Assembly (NCBI GenBank): GCA_963808235.1
Contig: CAWEEQ010000004.1
Coordinates: 864,001 to 928,000 of the forward strand
Length of the DNA: 64,000 bases
Direction of reading: 5' to 3'
Source: an uncultured delta proteobacterium
GTDB lineage: Bacteria; Desulfobacterota; Binatia; Binatales; Binataceae
This document shows, piece after piece, positions 20,121 to 29,726 of the stretch (position 1 is its first letter; each line of letters opens with the position of its first letter). The notes beneath the pieces are model-generated. The model was not told the origin of the DNA. It saw only the letters and a list, made by a program, of their open reading frames with translations, and did not search any database. The position numbers were made by a program, and so were the translations under genes.

Positions 20121-21434
20121 CTATTGGTACGGGTAAAAGATGTAGAAAAGTATGGATAGCCCGCACAGGATCCAGAGTCCCGCGTGGACCTCGCGGTGAC
20201 GCCCCGCGGCCAGCTTGAGCATCGGATAAAGGATCAGCCCGGCGGTGATTCCGACCCCGATGTTGTAAGTGAAACTCATCAGAGCGATCACGGTGAAGGC
20301 CGGAATGAGTTCAGTGTAGTCATCGAAGTCTATCTTGATGACCGGCGTTATCATCATTGCGCCCACGATGATCAGCGCCGGCGCGTAAGCTGCGGCCGGT
20401 ATCGCGGCGACCGTCGGCGCGAAAAAAAGCGATACGCCGAACAGCCCCGCGACCACGACGGCGGTGAGTCCGGTGCGCCCGCCAACGTGCACCCCCGATG
20501 CGGATTCGATATACGCGCCGGCAGTGGTGGTGCCCGCGAGTCCGGCGAACATCGTCGCGATCGCATCGGCGAGCATCGGCCGCTCGATCTGCGGCAGGCT
20601 GCCGTTGGCGTCGAGAAATCCCGCGCGCGCCGAAAGTCCGATCAGCGAGCCCATCGTGTCGGTCAGCGCCATCACGAAGATCGACAGCAGCACGCCGAAA
20701 AAGCCGACACTCAACGCTCCATGCAAGTCCAGCTTGAGCATGATGGGCGCGGGATTCGGCGGGATGCTGACCCATGCCGCCGGCGGTTTGGCGACGCCGG
20801 TTGCGAATGCGATCGCCGCCGAGATCAGGATGCCTATAAGAATCGCGCCCGGCACGCGGCGCAACATCAAGACAGCGATCAGCACGAAACTCAGCGCCGC
20901 GATTTCGGCCGACGGCGTGGCGAGATTGCCCAGCCGCACCGGCGCGCCCGGCACGCCCACGGTGACGATTCCGGATTCGTTCAGTCCGATGAAGGCGAGG
21001 AAGAGACCGATACCAACGCCGAAGCTGTAGCTGAGTCCCGGCGGCAATGCGTCTACCATCCATTGCCGGATCCGCGCCACCGTCAGCAGCGTGAACATCA
21101 CGCCAGCCAGGAAGACCGCCGCCATCGCGGTCTCCCACTTGTATCCCAGGACCTTCACAACGGTGTATGCGACGAATGCGTTCTCGCCCATGTACGGCGC
21201 GATCGCGAACGGGCGATTCGCGTAGAGACCCATGATCAACGTGCCGAGCATCGCGGTCATCACCGTCGCGACCATCGAAGGGCCTTCGGGGATGCCGGCG
21301 GTTTTCAGGATAGCCGGGTTGATCGCGATGATGTACGACATGGTGACGAAGGTCGTCACGCCCGCAAGCACCTCACGCCTGACCGTGGTCTCCGCCTGTT
21401 CGAGTCCGAAGAAAGTTGCTATTCGCCGGTTCAA
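20121..21434 (-). CDS. NCS2/AzgA-family purine permease
   Basis: 'REVLAGVTTFVTMSYII.INP.IL', 'APYMGENAF', 'YIESASG...GGRTGLT'. Confidence 0.93.
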   Translation of the reverse strand: MNRRIATFFGLEQAETTVRREVLAGVTTFVTMSYIIAINPAILKTAGIPEGPSMVATVMTAMLGTLIMGLYANRPFAIAPYMGENAFVAYTVVKVLGYKWETAMAAVFLAGVMFTLLTVARIRQWMVDALPPGLSYSFGVGIGLFLAFIGLNESGIVTVGVPGAPVRLGNLATPSAEIAALSFVLIAVLMLRRVPGAILIGILISAAIAFATGVAKPPAAWVSIPPNPAPIMLKLDLHGALSVGFFGVLLSIFVMALTDTMGSLIGLSARAGFLDANGSLPQIERPMLADAIATMFAGLAGTTTAGAYIESASGVHVGGRTGLTAVVVAGLFGVSLFFAPTVAAIPAAAYAPALIIVGAMMITPVIKIDFDDYTELIPAFTVIALMSFTYNIGVGITAGLILYPMLKLAAGRHREVHAGLWILCGLSILFYIFYPYQ

Positions 21435-21577
21435 TTTCCTCGATTACCCTGTCGCCGTTTGGTTCCGCCAACGGAATGCGTGCAGATGAGGTTTGGTATA
21501 TAAACGAAATAATCGCGAGCGTTAACTACGTGCGCATCAACATCCAACCGAGATTTCTCGCCGCGGGCAGAGAGTAA

Positions 21578-22387
21578 ATGAACGAAGACAAAAATGCGAA
21601 AGCTGCCGACCTGAAGCCGGCGTCTAAAGCGCCACCGGTAGAGCCCGCGGCAGCAAAGTCCACGGCGGCGAAGTCGACGGTCACGCTCGCTATCGACATA
21701 GGTGGAACCGGAATCAAGGCGGCGGCGCTCGACGAAAAAGGCAAGATGGTGTCCGAGCGGCAGAAGATCAAGACGCCGCGCAACGCGACGCCGAAGAAAG
21801 TCGTCGCGATAATCGGCAAACTCGCGAAGATGGTCGGCGTGGGCGATCGGGCGTCGGCGGGATTCCCGGGAGTCGTCAAGAAGGGCCTGGTTTACACGGC
21901 GCCGAACCTCGGCAAGGGATGGAACAACTATCCGCTCGAGGCCGCACTGAGAAAGAAGCTTCGGATGCCGGTGCGGATCGCGAACGACGCCGACGTGCAA
22001 GGTCTCGGATGCGTTTCCGGCCACGGCGACGAATTAGTCATCACGCTCGGCACCGGGTTTGGATCGGTGCTGTTTGTCGATGGCCATCGAATCCACCTGG
22101 AACTCGGGCATCATCCTTTTCACAACGGCAAGACCTATGAGGACGAACTCGGGATCAAGGCGCTCGAAAAAAAGGGCAAGCGGAAGTGGAACAAGCTTCT
22201 ACGCGAAGCGATTGACGAGCTCAAGAGAACGTTCAACTACGACCGGCTCTACATCGGGGGCGGTAATGCGGCTGATATCGACTTCAAGCTGCCAGCCGAG
22301 GTCAAAGTAGTGAGCAATACGGAAGGCCTGCTCGGCGGTATCAAGCTGTGGCAAGATCAGACGCACGACCAGACTCGAAAATTGTGA
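21578..22387 (+). CDS. ROK-family kinase (polyphosphate glucokinase-like)
   Basis: 'IDIGGTGIK', 'GFPGVV', 'NDADVQG', 'TLGTGFGS', 'LELGH', 'YIGGGN'. Confidence 0.88.
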   Translation: MNEDKNAKAADLKPASKAPPVEPAAAKSTAAKSTVTLAIDIGGTGIKAAALDEKGKMVSERQKIKTPRNATPKKVVAIIGKLAKMVGVGDRASAGFPGVVKKGLVYTAPNLGKGWNNYPLEAALRKKLRMPVRIANDADVQGLGCVSGHGDELVITLGTGFGSVLFVDGHRIHLELGHHPFHNGKTYEDELGIKALEKKGKRKWNKLLREAIDELKRTFNYDRLYIGGGNAADIDFKLPAEVKVVSNTEGLLGGIKLWQDQTHDQTRKL

Positions 22388-22396
22388 AGTGAGCAG

Positions 22397-22483
22397 GGAG
22401 GGGTGGCCGAGTGGTTGAAGGCACCGGTCTTGAAAACCGGCAGGGATGAAAGTCCCTCGTGGGTTCGAATCCCACCCCCTCCG
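22397..22483 (+). tRNA. tRNA-Ser (anticodon TGA), CCA not encoded
   Basis: GGAGGGG/CCCCTCC acceptor stem, CCGGT-CTTGAAA-ACCGG anticodon arm, long variable arm, GGTTCGAATCC. Confidence 0.97.
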
Positions 22484-22515
22484 TTCCTACGTTAAACTGG
22501 ATGCATGACAGCACC

Positions 22516-22539
22516 AGCCCCACCAAATCGGGGGCTTTT
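22516..22539 (+). terminator. Intrinsic terminator after tRNA-Ser
   Basis: AGCCCC-loop-GGGGCT followed by TTT. Confidence 0.55.
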
Positions 22540-22588
22540 ATGACTGGACTGGAAGGATGGTTCAACCTGAACCGCAGAGACGGTCGCT

Positions 22589-23203
22589 TTACTTGTCGGA
22601 ACTTCGGGACGGCTGTCCGGTCCAGACCACGTGTCCCGTAGTCGCGATGTCGATGTCGACTTGCTTCGCCGCAGTTAAAAATAGGACGCTCGGGTCTTTG
22701 AGACCCCAAGCGACATATGGGACTGAAAAGTGTGCTGTGGCAGTCAGGTTGTCTCCGACGAGCTGACCTTGTGCCGTGAGAGCGACATCATGTCTCCCCC
22801 CGTGGAGCGTCAGCACCCCTTGCATCGTCGCTAGAAACTGACCTCCCCTCCTCAGTTCTAGCGTAAAGTGCTGAGGGTCGAAAGTTATCTCTGGATACCG
22901 TTGAGCCTCGAGAACACTCTCTCGCATCTCGTTGTCACGCGCGCCGATGCCCGTGTCGCCGCTCTTGGCGTCGACGACGATGGAACCGCCGGCTTTTCCA
23001 GTAGCGGGGTCCGCGATGATGGTTCCTCGTTCAAGTTTGAAAGTTCCATGTGTCGTATGGAGCGAACCTGGCAAGCGGAACTCGACGAGCGTTTTCGATG
23101 GATCAAGTTCCAAAGCTCCTGATCGTAAATCCAGCGCCGCCCCGTTTTGTGCGCAGGCGGCCAGGGCGCTTACGAACGCCACGACGCGAATACTAAATGA
23201 CAT
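22589..23203 (-). CDS. YceI-family lipid/polyisoprenoid-binding protein
   Basis: Signal peptide, 'LDPSKT.VEF', 'H...GTF', 'TG...RD..MR..VLE...YP.ITF', 'G.LTLHG'. Confidence 0.88.
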   Translation of the reverse strand: MSFSIRVVAFVSALAACAQNGAALDLRSGALELDPSKTLVEFRLPGSLHTTHGTFKLERGTIIADPATGKAGGSIVVDAKSGDTGIGARDNEMRESVLEAQRYPEITFDPQHFTLELRRGGQFLATMQGVLTLHGGRHDVALTAQGQLVGDNLTATAHFSVPYVAWGLKDPSVLFLTAAKQVDIDIATTGHVVWTGQPSRSSDK

Positions 23204-23272
23204 TTGTTACACGGCGCGCCGAGCGTTCATGATTGACCCTGGAGATTCGTTTCCATCGTCGCTGCAGACCTC

Positions 23273-23722
23273 TCAATGCGCAGCCATCGCGGCCTGCGAG
23301 GCCCATTTTAAGAGCGCCTGCTTTTGAACGTCGGCGAGGCGCGCGGAATGATCGAGCGCCGTGTAGTCTCCCGGCGGCATCGAACCAGCGTTGACGGACT
23401 GTTCGATACTCTTCAGCGCGTCTGTTCTTTTCTGCGCATCGTAAGTCTGCCAGTCGGAGAAATTCAGCACCTCGCGCGCGGAGTTGGCAGCGAGATAAGT
23501 CGGCGAAACAGCCGCGTACCAGGGTGCGCTTCCGCCGGTCGAATGGCACTGGTAACACGATTCCTCGAGGATCGCGTTCACTTGCGGGTCGGTGCTAACC
23601 GCGTTTGTAGAACTCGAAGCTGTCGTGGCGGGTGTGGCCGTCTGCTGCGAGCTTGAACAGCCAACGATCAAGACACCCAGACCTGGAAGCAATGCTATTA
23701 GAAGGGCAAACTTGAACATCAT
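23273..23722 (-). CDS. Haem-binding (c-type monoheme) lipoprotein
   Basis: Lipobox IVGC, CYQCH, 'PWY', 'LNFSDW', distal 'MPP'. Confidence 0.85.
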   Translation of the reverse strand: MMFKFALLIALLPGLGVLIVGCSSSQQTATPATTASSSTNAVSTDPQVNAILEESCYQCHSTGGSAPWYAAVSPTYLAANSAREVLNFSDWQTYDAQKRTDALKSIEQSVNAGSMPPGDYTALDHSARLADVQKQALLKWASQAAMAAH

Positions 23723-23730
23723 CGTACCTT

Positions 23731-24897
23731 CTAGTCGTTGAGTCTCACGAAACGGATAAGTCCTGCGCCGAGAAAGATCACCCCAAGACCGATTGTTGCC
23801 GCGAACGGCCGCAACGTCGCGGACGGCGACTGGTTGCGAATCATCAAATCATTGAACGCCTGCATGGTCCACGTCGTGGGCATCCATCGGGCGAGCTCGC
23901 GCATCCATCCCGGTTCAAAATCCAGCGGCCACCAGCACCCGCCGATTGCCGCCATCGCCATGCTGATGGTCACGCCCAATGACATCACCGAGTCGTGCGC
24001 CGTCGCGATCGACGCGACCACCAGTGCTAGCGCTGCAGCCGCGAAAGAGATCCCGACCGCCGGTATCATCAAGGCGAGAGGATTATGGCCTAGCGTGATT
24101 CCGAACAGCGCCCATCCGACCGCAAACAGCAATACCATTTGCACGACCCCGACGATGATCCGCGCGAATAATTTGCCGAGCAGCAGACCTGTGAGCGGCG
24201 CACCACTGACCTGGAGGCGCTTCAAGGTCCCCCAATCGCGCTCATCGAACAGCGTCAGCGCGATTCCCAGCATCATGCCAATCAGGAGAAACGTGACGCC
24301 GAATCCGGGTACGTACTGATCGAAGGCGTTCGGCGTCACCGCTTCGCCCTCGATCGCAGGTTTCTCGACAAATCCGAGGTCACCCGGGAGCGTGAGCGAC
24401 TGCGACTCGCCGAAGGACTCGATTTGCGATTGGGCCGCCGTTGTCGCTTGTTCGGTGACTCTTCGGCACAATTCGTCAATACGAATTTCGAGAGCGTTGA
24501 CCTCGACTCGCCTGACCGGGTCGACGAATAGTACCAGCCGAGGCTGGCCGCCCGCGGCGACCGCCGCACTGGTTCCCGCCGGAATTAACATCGCTATAGG
24601 AGTCCGATCGCGTCGGCTTACAACGCGTCGCGCTTCATCGGGGTTGTCGAGCATTTCCACAGTGAGATTTCGTTCGTGCCGCAGCGCTTGAATTATGGAG
24701 TCGGACACTTGTCCGTGATCGAGGTTGACCAGGGGTAGCCGAAAAGAATTCGCCGAGCCACCGTACAGACTGCCGAGCGAGTATCCCGCGACGGTGATAA
24801 TTACGACCGGCGCGAACAACAGCATGAACAGCACGATCGGATCCTTGACCAGGAGCCGGGCCTCGTTTTGAGTGGTTAGCCAGATTGCTCGAAGCAT
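23731..24897 (-). CDS. ABC-2 type exporter permease
   Basis: N-terminal TM, large loop, 'ERDWGTLKRL', 'GCWWPL...P.W'. Confidence 0.9.
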   Translation of the reverse strand: MLRAIWLTTQNEARLLVKDPIVLFMLLFAPVVIITVAGYSLGSLYGGSANSFRLPLVNLDHGQVSDSIIQALRHERNLTVEMLDNPDEARRVVSRRDRTPIAMLIPAGTSAAVAAGGQPRLVLFVDPVRRVEVNALEIRIDELCRRVTEQATTAAQSQIESFGESQSLTLPGDLGFVEKPAIEGEAVTPNAFDQYVPGFGVTFLLIGMMLGIALTLFDERDWGTLKRLQVSGAPLTGLLLGKLFARIIVGVVQMVLLFAVGWALFGITLGHNPLALMIPAVGISFAAAALALVVASIATAHDSVMSLGVTISMAMAAIGGCWWPLDFEPGWMRELARWMPTTWTMQAFNDLMIRNQSPSATLRPFAATIGLGVIFLGAGLIRFVRLND

Positions 24898-24907
24898 AGC
24901 GATACGC

Positions 24908-25864
24908 TCAGAGGACCTGGTCGCGCAGCGTGTGGCCAGTCAGCGCGATGAATGCGTCCGACAGATTCGGGCTGTGCAGGTTGAAATCGACGACATTCAC
25001 ATCCAGGGTCCGAAGCCCGTGGAGCAGCTCGGCGAGTTGCGCGAAACTGTTCATCTCCAGGACTGCTTTGCCCTCGCCCAGGGTGGTTCCTATTTCACGT
25101 ACCCCTGCGAGGCTGGCGAAGCGCCCATCCGGCAACTGCCCGCGATAGGTCAGCTCGATGCGAGGACGGCTGCCTCCGAGCGAAATCACTTTTTCGAGGT
25201 CGCCTTCGGCGATCAGTCTGCCGCGATCGATCAGCAGTACGCGATCGCATATGCGTTCCGCCTCTTCCATGTAATGGGTGCTGTAAATTACTGCCGCGCC
25301 CGCATCCGCGTAGCGCCGAATCCGCGTCAGCAATCGTTCTCGCGATTGAAGATCGACGCCGACCGTGGGTTCGTCCAACAGCAGCACCGGTGGGCGATGA
25401 ACAATTCCACAGGCAAGGTTGAGCAGCCGCTTCATCCCGCCGGAGTAGGTATGCATAGGATCGTGAGCGCGGTAGCCGAGACCCACCTCGTCGAGCGTGC
25501 TCATGCAATGCTCCATAGCGTCGTCGCGCGAGAGCCCTTGCATGCGGGCGAAGTGCCATACGTTTTGCGCCGCGCTGAGCGTCGGATACAGCGCGAGCGA
25601 TTGCGGCACCAGCCCAAGCATGCGTCGGAGTCCGCGCGGGTCGCTGTTTGGCGCCTTACCATCGATGAGAATACGACCGCGATCGGGTCGAAGCAGAGTC
25701 GCGAGGATCGAGAGCGTCGTGGTCTTGCCCGCACCGTTGGGACCGAGCAAGGCGGCAATTTCACCTGGCTTTACTGCGAGGCTTACATTGTCAAGCGCAA
25801 GCCGCGCGCCGTAACTTTTCGAAATCTCGATCGCCTCGAGAAGTGGTGCCTTTGCCGGACTCAT
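24908..25864 (-). CDS. ABC exporter ATP-binding protein
   Basis: GPNGAGKTT, YSGGMKR, LLDEPTVGVD, THYMEEAE. Confidence 0.93.
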   Translation of the reverse strand: MSPAKAPLLEAIEISKSYGARLALDNVSLAVKPGEIAALLGPNGAGKTTTLSILATLLRPDRGRILIDGKAPNSDPRGLRRMLGLVPQSLALYPTLSAAQNVWHFARMQGLSRDDAMEHCMSTLDEVGLGYRAHDPMHTYSGGMKRLLNLACGIVHRPPVLLLDEPTVGVDLQSRERLLTRIRRYADAGAAVIYSTHYMEEAERICDRVLLIDRGRLIAEGDLEKVISLGGSRPRIELTYRGQLPDGRFASLAGVREIGTTLGEGKAVLEMNSFAQLAELLHGLRTLDVNVVDFNLHSPNLSDAFIALTGHTLRDQVL

Positions 25865-25909
25865 TGAAACGAGTTTTGACTACGAGAGTCGTTTTGGCGT
25901 CACTCGATT

Positions 25910-27040
25910 TCAGTTGGCGAACGCCTGTGGAGCAACCGCGGCGGGCTGGGCGACACGCGTGAGCCTGGCCGTTACGCGCATCGCGCCGGGCCAGACGCTG
26001 AGGCAGAACGGCAGCACTGCGCGCGCGAGTGCGTTGTTCAAGCCGTGGTCGGCGAGCTCGGCAAAACGCATCTGGAGCCGCATTGCGGAGCGCAGTTTTG
26101 GCTGAAAGACCTGCGCCGGCTCCGCTGCAAGATACGCAGCGGCGGCACGGCGGGCAGTATGTAGCGCGATGGATATGCCGTCACCGGTGAACGAGGGGAT
26201 GACGGTTGCCTGATCGCCAATGCAGTAGAGCCCATCCTCCGTTGTGCGACGGATGTAACCGTAAGGGATATGGGTGACGACGATCGGTCTGTCGAGCAGC
26301 GGCTCCGCACCGTCAAGCCGCATTGCGAGGTGGGGACAATCGTGCTGCATCTTCGCAAGGAGGCCCTCCCAGCGAAGACCCGCACGTGCAAAATACCACC
26401 GTTTCACCACCAAGCAGAAATTCGCAATGCGGTCTTCCACCGGTTGGATACCACCGTAGCCTCCGGAATAGAGCATCAACTCGGAGGCGTCCCCCAGCTC
26501 AGCGGTCTGGGCGGCAGACAACCGATAATACATCTTAAAGGCGACCCATTGGTGAGGGTCCTTCGGGCGACTGTGGCCGCGTAGATCGTGCTTGCCCGTG
26601 GCGAGAAAGGCGGTTGGAGCTTCGTATGTAGTGCCGTCGTCGAGCGTAGCCTGCCAGAGGCTGGCGGTCGCGCGGCTGAGCGACTGCACACTCCGACCGC
26701 GCTCGACGCGGACTCCGGCGGTGACAGCCTCGGCAATGAGCGCTGTATCGAGCGCCTTGCGCGTGAGCGAGGCTGCGCGAAAAGGCAGCGGAGCCTCCGC
26801 GGCGCGTCTGGCTGCGGCAAGGCGAACGTAATCGATGGGCACCGCGCCAAGAGAGGCCACGTCGATGCCAAGAGCATGCAGGTCTTCTAGCGCCTCACCG
26901 CTTAGGAATTCTCCGCAGACTTTATGGCGCGGCGTGGGCTCGCGTTCGATCAACGTGACGCTTCGTCCCTTTCGGGCGAGCGCGATGGCAGCGGCACAGC
27001 CTGCCACTCCACCACCGAGGACGAGAACTTCATCTTGCAA
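25910..27040 (-). CDS. FAD-dependent oxidoreductase (geranylgeranyl-reductase-like)
   Basis: GGGVAG dinucleotide fold, 'RHKVCGEFLS', 'IGDQ..VIPSFTGDGIS.A'. Confidence 0.88.
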   Translation of the reverse strand: MQDEVLVLGGGVAGCAAAIALARKGRSVTLIEREPTPRHKVCGEFLSGEALEDLHALGIDVASLGAVPIDYVRLAAARRAAEAPLPFRAASLTRKALDTALIAEAVTAGVRVERGRSVQSLSRATASLWQATLDDGTTYEAPTAFLATGKHDLRGHSRPKDPHQWVAFKMYYRLSAAQTAELGDASELMLYSGGYGGIQPVEDRIANFCLVVKRWYFARAGLRWEGLLAKMQHDCPHLAMRLDGAEPLLDRPIVVTHIPYGYIRRTTEDGLYCIGDQATVIPSFTGDGISIALHTARRAAAAYLAAEPAQVFQPKLRSAMRLQMRFAELADHGLNNALARAVLPFCLSVWPGAMRVTARLTRVAQPAAVAPQAFAN

Positions 27041-27095
27041 GGCATTGCTCCTGATTCACGGATGTTCCATCAATGTGTAGCTGGATTCCATATTT

Positions 27096-27833
27096 CTATC
27101 CGTGGTGGTGAAGATCGTTGGACAGCTGGGTGGTCACGGGCCTGTAGTCAGCTCGGATCTGAAGGGAGCCAGCTTCGGGAGATGGACAATGCGCTGCCAT
27201 ACTGCGGCGCGTGGTGAGTTCGTTCCAGTTGAGCCCGAGGTCGACCAGAACGATGGAGGCCAGGGTGAAGGCGATGACGCCAACCGCCGACAGTACGTCG
27301 CCAAGATGGCTCCAGTAGGCGGGCACAAGGTTGAGTACACGGGTGGAGACAAAGGTAAACGTGACCGCATAGGAGCGGGCCATCCACTGGCGGTGCACGG
27401 CGATCTGTCTGTTACGCGCGGCGATCACGGCAGCGGAAGTGCAGACGATCCATGCAGCTCCTTGCATGGCGGTCCCGGGCAGCCCGGGACGTCCGGTGGC
27501 AAGGGCTATCCCGGTAAAGGCGCCGAAGATTACGCAGATGAAGTACATGCGGCCTACGACGCGATGGAACTTCAGGTGACGCTGCCGAAAGCGCGACGAG
27601 AACTGCAGAGGGCCGGCCAGCAGAGCGAAGGTTCCGCACAGCGTGTGCGGGATGAGGAGCCCGCGGTCGGCTATGACCTGCAGGCGGTAGGCATGGTACA
27701 TGGGGTAATCGATGAAGAGAAGGACCTCTGACGTGATGAAGACAAAGAGCGTCGTGACACCAAGAGAGATCCAGAGAACGGCTTTGAATCTGGAACCGCT
27801 GGCACTGGCTGTAGGCAGGGTGAAAGATGCCAT
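27096..27833 (-). CDS. DUF2306-like membrane protein
   Basis: 'H...G..AL..GPLQF..R.R......HR..GR.Y' and 'HRQWMARSYA' motifs; about 6 TM helices. Confidence 0.82.
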   Translation of the reverse strand: MASFTLPTASASGSRFKAVLWISLGVTTLFVFITSEVLLFIDYPMYHAYRLQVIADRGLLIPHTLCGTFALLAGPLQFSSRFRQRHLKFHRVVGRMYFICVIFGAFTGIALATGRPGLPGTAMQGAAWIVCTSAAVIAARNRQIAVHRQWMARSYAVTFTFVSTRVLNLVPAYWSHLGDVLSAVGVIAFTLASIVLVDLGLNWNELTTRRSMAAHCPSPEAGSLQIRADYRPVTTQLSNDLHHHG

Positions 27834-27850
27834 TATTCGCCTCTCAGATG

Positions 27851-27908
27851 GTTAGACGTCCGCCACGAGGGCGGCCTGGGCGATATGCTTCACATCGCTT
27901 AGTCTAAC
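27851..27908 (-). other. Predicted three-way-junction structured intergenic element
   Basis: Closing stem GTTAGAC/GTCTAAC encloses hairpins GCGATGTG-AAG-CATATCGC and CCGCC-CTCGT-GGCGG. Confidence 0.5.
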
Positions 27909-27931
27909 GAGACGCTTCAGAATCACCGACC

Positions 27932-28783
27932 TCACTTCCACCGCCCCACGCACAACCGTCCCGGCCGCCAACGTTCTACCGACGCCACCTCCCGCGGAAC
28001 ATCAGCCGCAGCCAACAGGCGTACCCAATCCTCCTTCCGGAAGGCTCGCCGGAACGACACCGGCCCATCATGCCTCACAATCGGGTGCCAAGGCACCAAC
28101 CCAAACATCCGACGACTCCACTGCGCCCGTTCCAAATCGTTGATAAACCAACCCAGCCGCACGGTCGCTTCCATCCGCCGCAGCAGCGCGACGATCTCTT
28201 CGTCCTCTAGATGATGTGCCAGCAGCGAACTAATGACGATATCCATCGGCTTCTCCGGTCGATACACCCTGGCATCGCCGGTCACCCAAGTAATTCCGAG
28301 CTCCTTCGGCGTGGACTCCGCTGCCGCGCGCGCCGCATAAGGATTCAAGTCGATTCCCGTTAACTGCACCGCGATGCCCCGTCGCCGTGCCCAGCCTGCA
28401 ATCTGCCGCAGTAGATCTCCACCGCCACTGCCCAGGTCGACGATGTGCATCGGCTCACGCAAGCCGCGCGGTAGCCGCTCCAGCCACGTCAGCGTCGGCC
28501 GATAGCCGAGCAGCCAGCGATTCACTTTTTCCAGACTGCGCAGGCAGTCACGGAAATCCTCATAACTACAGTCACCATCCATAAGCTCCGGGAGCTCACG
28601 CGGAGAAACCCGCCGAGTGAGGTCACCCGATTCATGCCCTGGAGGGCTAACCGTGTCGTTCGATTTCCATCTAGTTCTGGGAACGATTCTCCCTGGTGCC
28701 CGAGCGACTATTTCGTTGGACACGCACCCCGATAGAGGTTGGCTTTCCAAAGATTGATCGAACCGCGATTCCGGGCGACTCAT
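27932..28783 (-). CDS. SAM-dependent methyltransferase (type commonly found with type III PKS clusters)
   Basis: 'ELMD....', 'L..VNRWL.G', 'IVDLGSGGGD', 'SL.AHHL', 'INDL.R', 'HDGPVS..RAF'; ATGA overlap with the upstream gene. Confidence 0.85.
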   Translation of the reverse strand: MSRPESRFDQSLESQPLSGCVSNEIVARAPGRIVPRTRWKSNDTVSPPGHESGDLTRRVSPRELPELMDGDCSYEDFRDCLRSLEKVNRWLLGYRPTLTWLERLPRGLREPMHIVDLGSGGGDLLRQIAGWARRRGIAVQLTGIDLNPYAARAAAESTPKELGITWVTGDARVYRPEKPMDIVISSLLAHHLEDEEIVALLRRMEATVRLGWFINDLERAQWSRRMFGLVPWHPIVRHDGPVSFRRAFRKEDWVRLLAAADVPREVASVERWRPGRLCVGRWK

Positions 28784-29601
28784 ACGCTAATTTCAGCGCG
28801 CTCGTTCGACTCGGTCCCAAGAGCGTGTTTTTTCATTGCGCTCTTCATCTCTTCACGGCTGATTTCCAGCGTGGTCAACAGGGGCCAGACCACCCGTGCG
28901 AGAAATGCCCGAGGGCTTATTCCCGCCCCCGAACTCGCAAGCCTATTCCGATAATTCGGGATCAGACCTTCGCCGGGCATCTTGAAATTTGAAAGGACGT
29001 GGGCCAGATCCGCCAAAGTTTCCTCGCGATTGTGGTCCAGCTCCAATTGGAGCATGTCTCGATAGAAGCCGGCGTGCGCTGCCTCATCGCGGCCGACGTA
29101 GAGGAAGATCGCCTCCAGTACCTCATCGCCTGCAATACGAGCCTTGTTTCTCTGCAAGTTGTAAGCGGTAAAGGTAGCGCCCTCCTGGAGCGCGCCGTAG
29201 CAGGCCATTTGGCGAACGGTCGGAAAGGGCAGTTCCCACTGCTGTGAAAACGTTTCGTCCTCCAAAGCCTCGAACTGCGCTGGCGAACGAAGACCGGAGC
29301 GGGTCAGATATTCGCGAAAGACTAGACCATGCCGGGATTCTTCAAAGGCCCAACATGTCTGGAACCACGCGGTCCCGAACATCGCGCGCGACAAATCGAG
29401 TCCTCTGGAACTATAGTCCGGCACATAGAGTTCTTCAGTGCAAAAGATCTCCACGCACTCCCCGACCTGAGCAGTGGCTTTGCTGGTATCGAGCTTGTCC
29501 CACGGCACGTCATTGAAGACGCTCCACCGCCGTTTGTTCTCGGCAGTTTCGAGGAAATCGAGATAGACTCGATAAACGCGCTCGCGCATCGTCGAGGGCA
29601 T
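28780..29601 (-). CDS. Acyl-ACP desaturase-like ferritin-family diiron protein
   Basis: 'EE..PDY', 'WAFEESRHG..FREYL', 'LQEGATF', 'DEAAHAGFY', 'F.MPG'. Start placed downstream of the sigma54 site (alternatives 29640 and 29589). Confidence 0.85.
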   Translation of the reverse strand: MPSTMRERVYRVYLDFLETAENKRRWSVFNDVPWDKLDTSKATAQVGECVEIFCTEELYVPDYSSRGLDLSRAMFGTAWFQTCWAFEESRHGLVFREYLTRSGLRSPAQFEALEDETFSQQWELPFPTVRQMACYGALQEGATFTAYNLQRNKARIAGDEVLEAIFLYVGRDEAAHAGFYRDMLQLELDHNREETLADLAHVLSNFKMPGEGLIPNYRNRLASSGAGISPRAFLARVVWPLLTTLEISREEMKSAMKKHALGTESNERAEISV

Positions 29602-29710
29602 GGTCGCGCTCGTCTTTCGCTCGAGCCTGGTCGGTAACACTAAATTGCTCGTATCGTGGAGTCCGTGTTTTTGGTTTGAAGCAATAAAACGGTGACAGGT
29701 GCGCATTCTT

Positions 29711-29726
29711 AGCAAATGGCCTGCCA
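29711..29726 (-). promoter_or_regulatory. sigma54 -24/-12 promoter of the desaturase-like operon
   Basis: TGGCAGGCCATTTGCT (GG-N10-GC). Confidence 0.75.

Noticed and set aside
20184-21503. Long antisense ORFs opposite real genes (also 50264..51484, 54968..56578, 24872..25867, 17438..18496)
   Set aside because: Typical GC-rich antisense shadows with no recognisable motifs
22397-22483. Possible selenocysteine or suppressor tRNA
   Set aside because: Anticodon is TGA (reads UCA, Ser), not TCA; normal 7-bp acceptor stem
27851-27908. GTTAGAC...GTCTAAC as an integron attC site
   Set aside because: Order is the reverse of attC (RYYYAAC...GTTRRRY); single copy and no integrase
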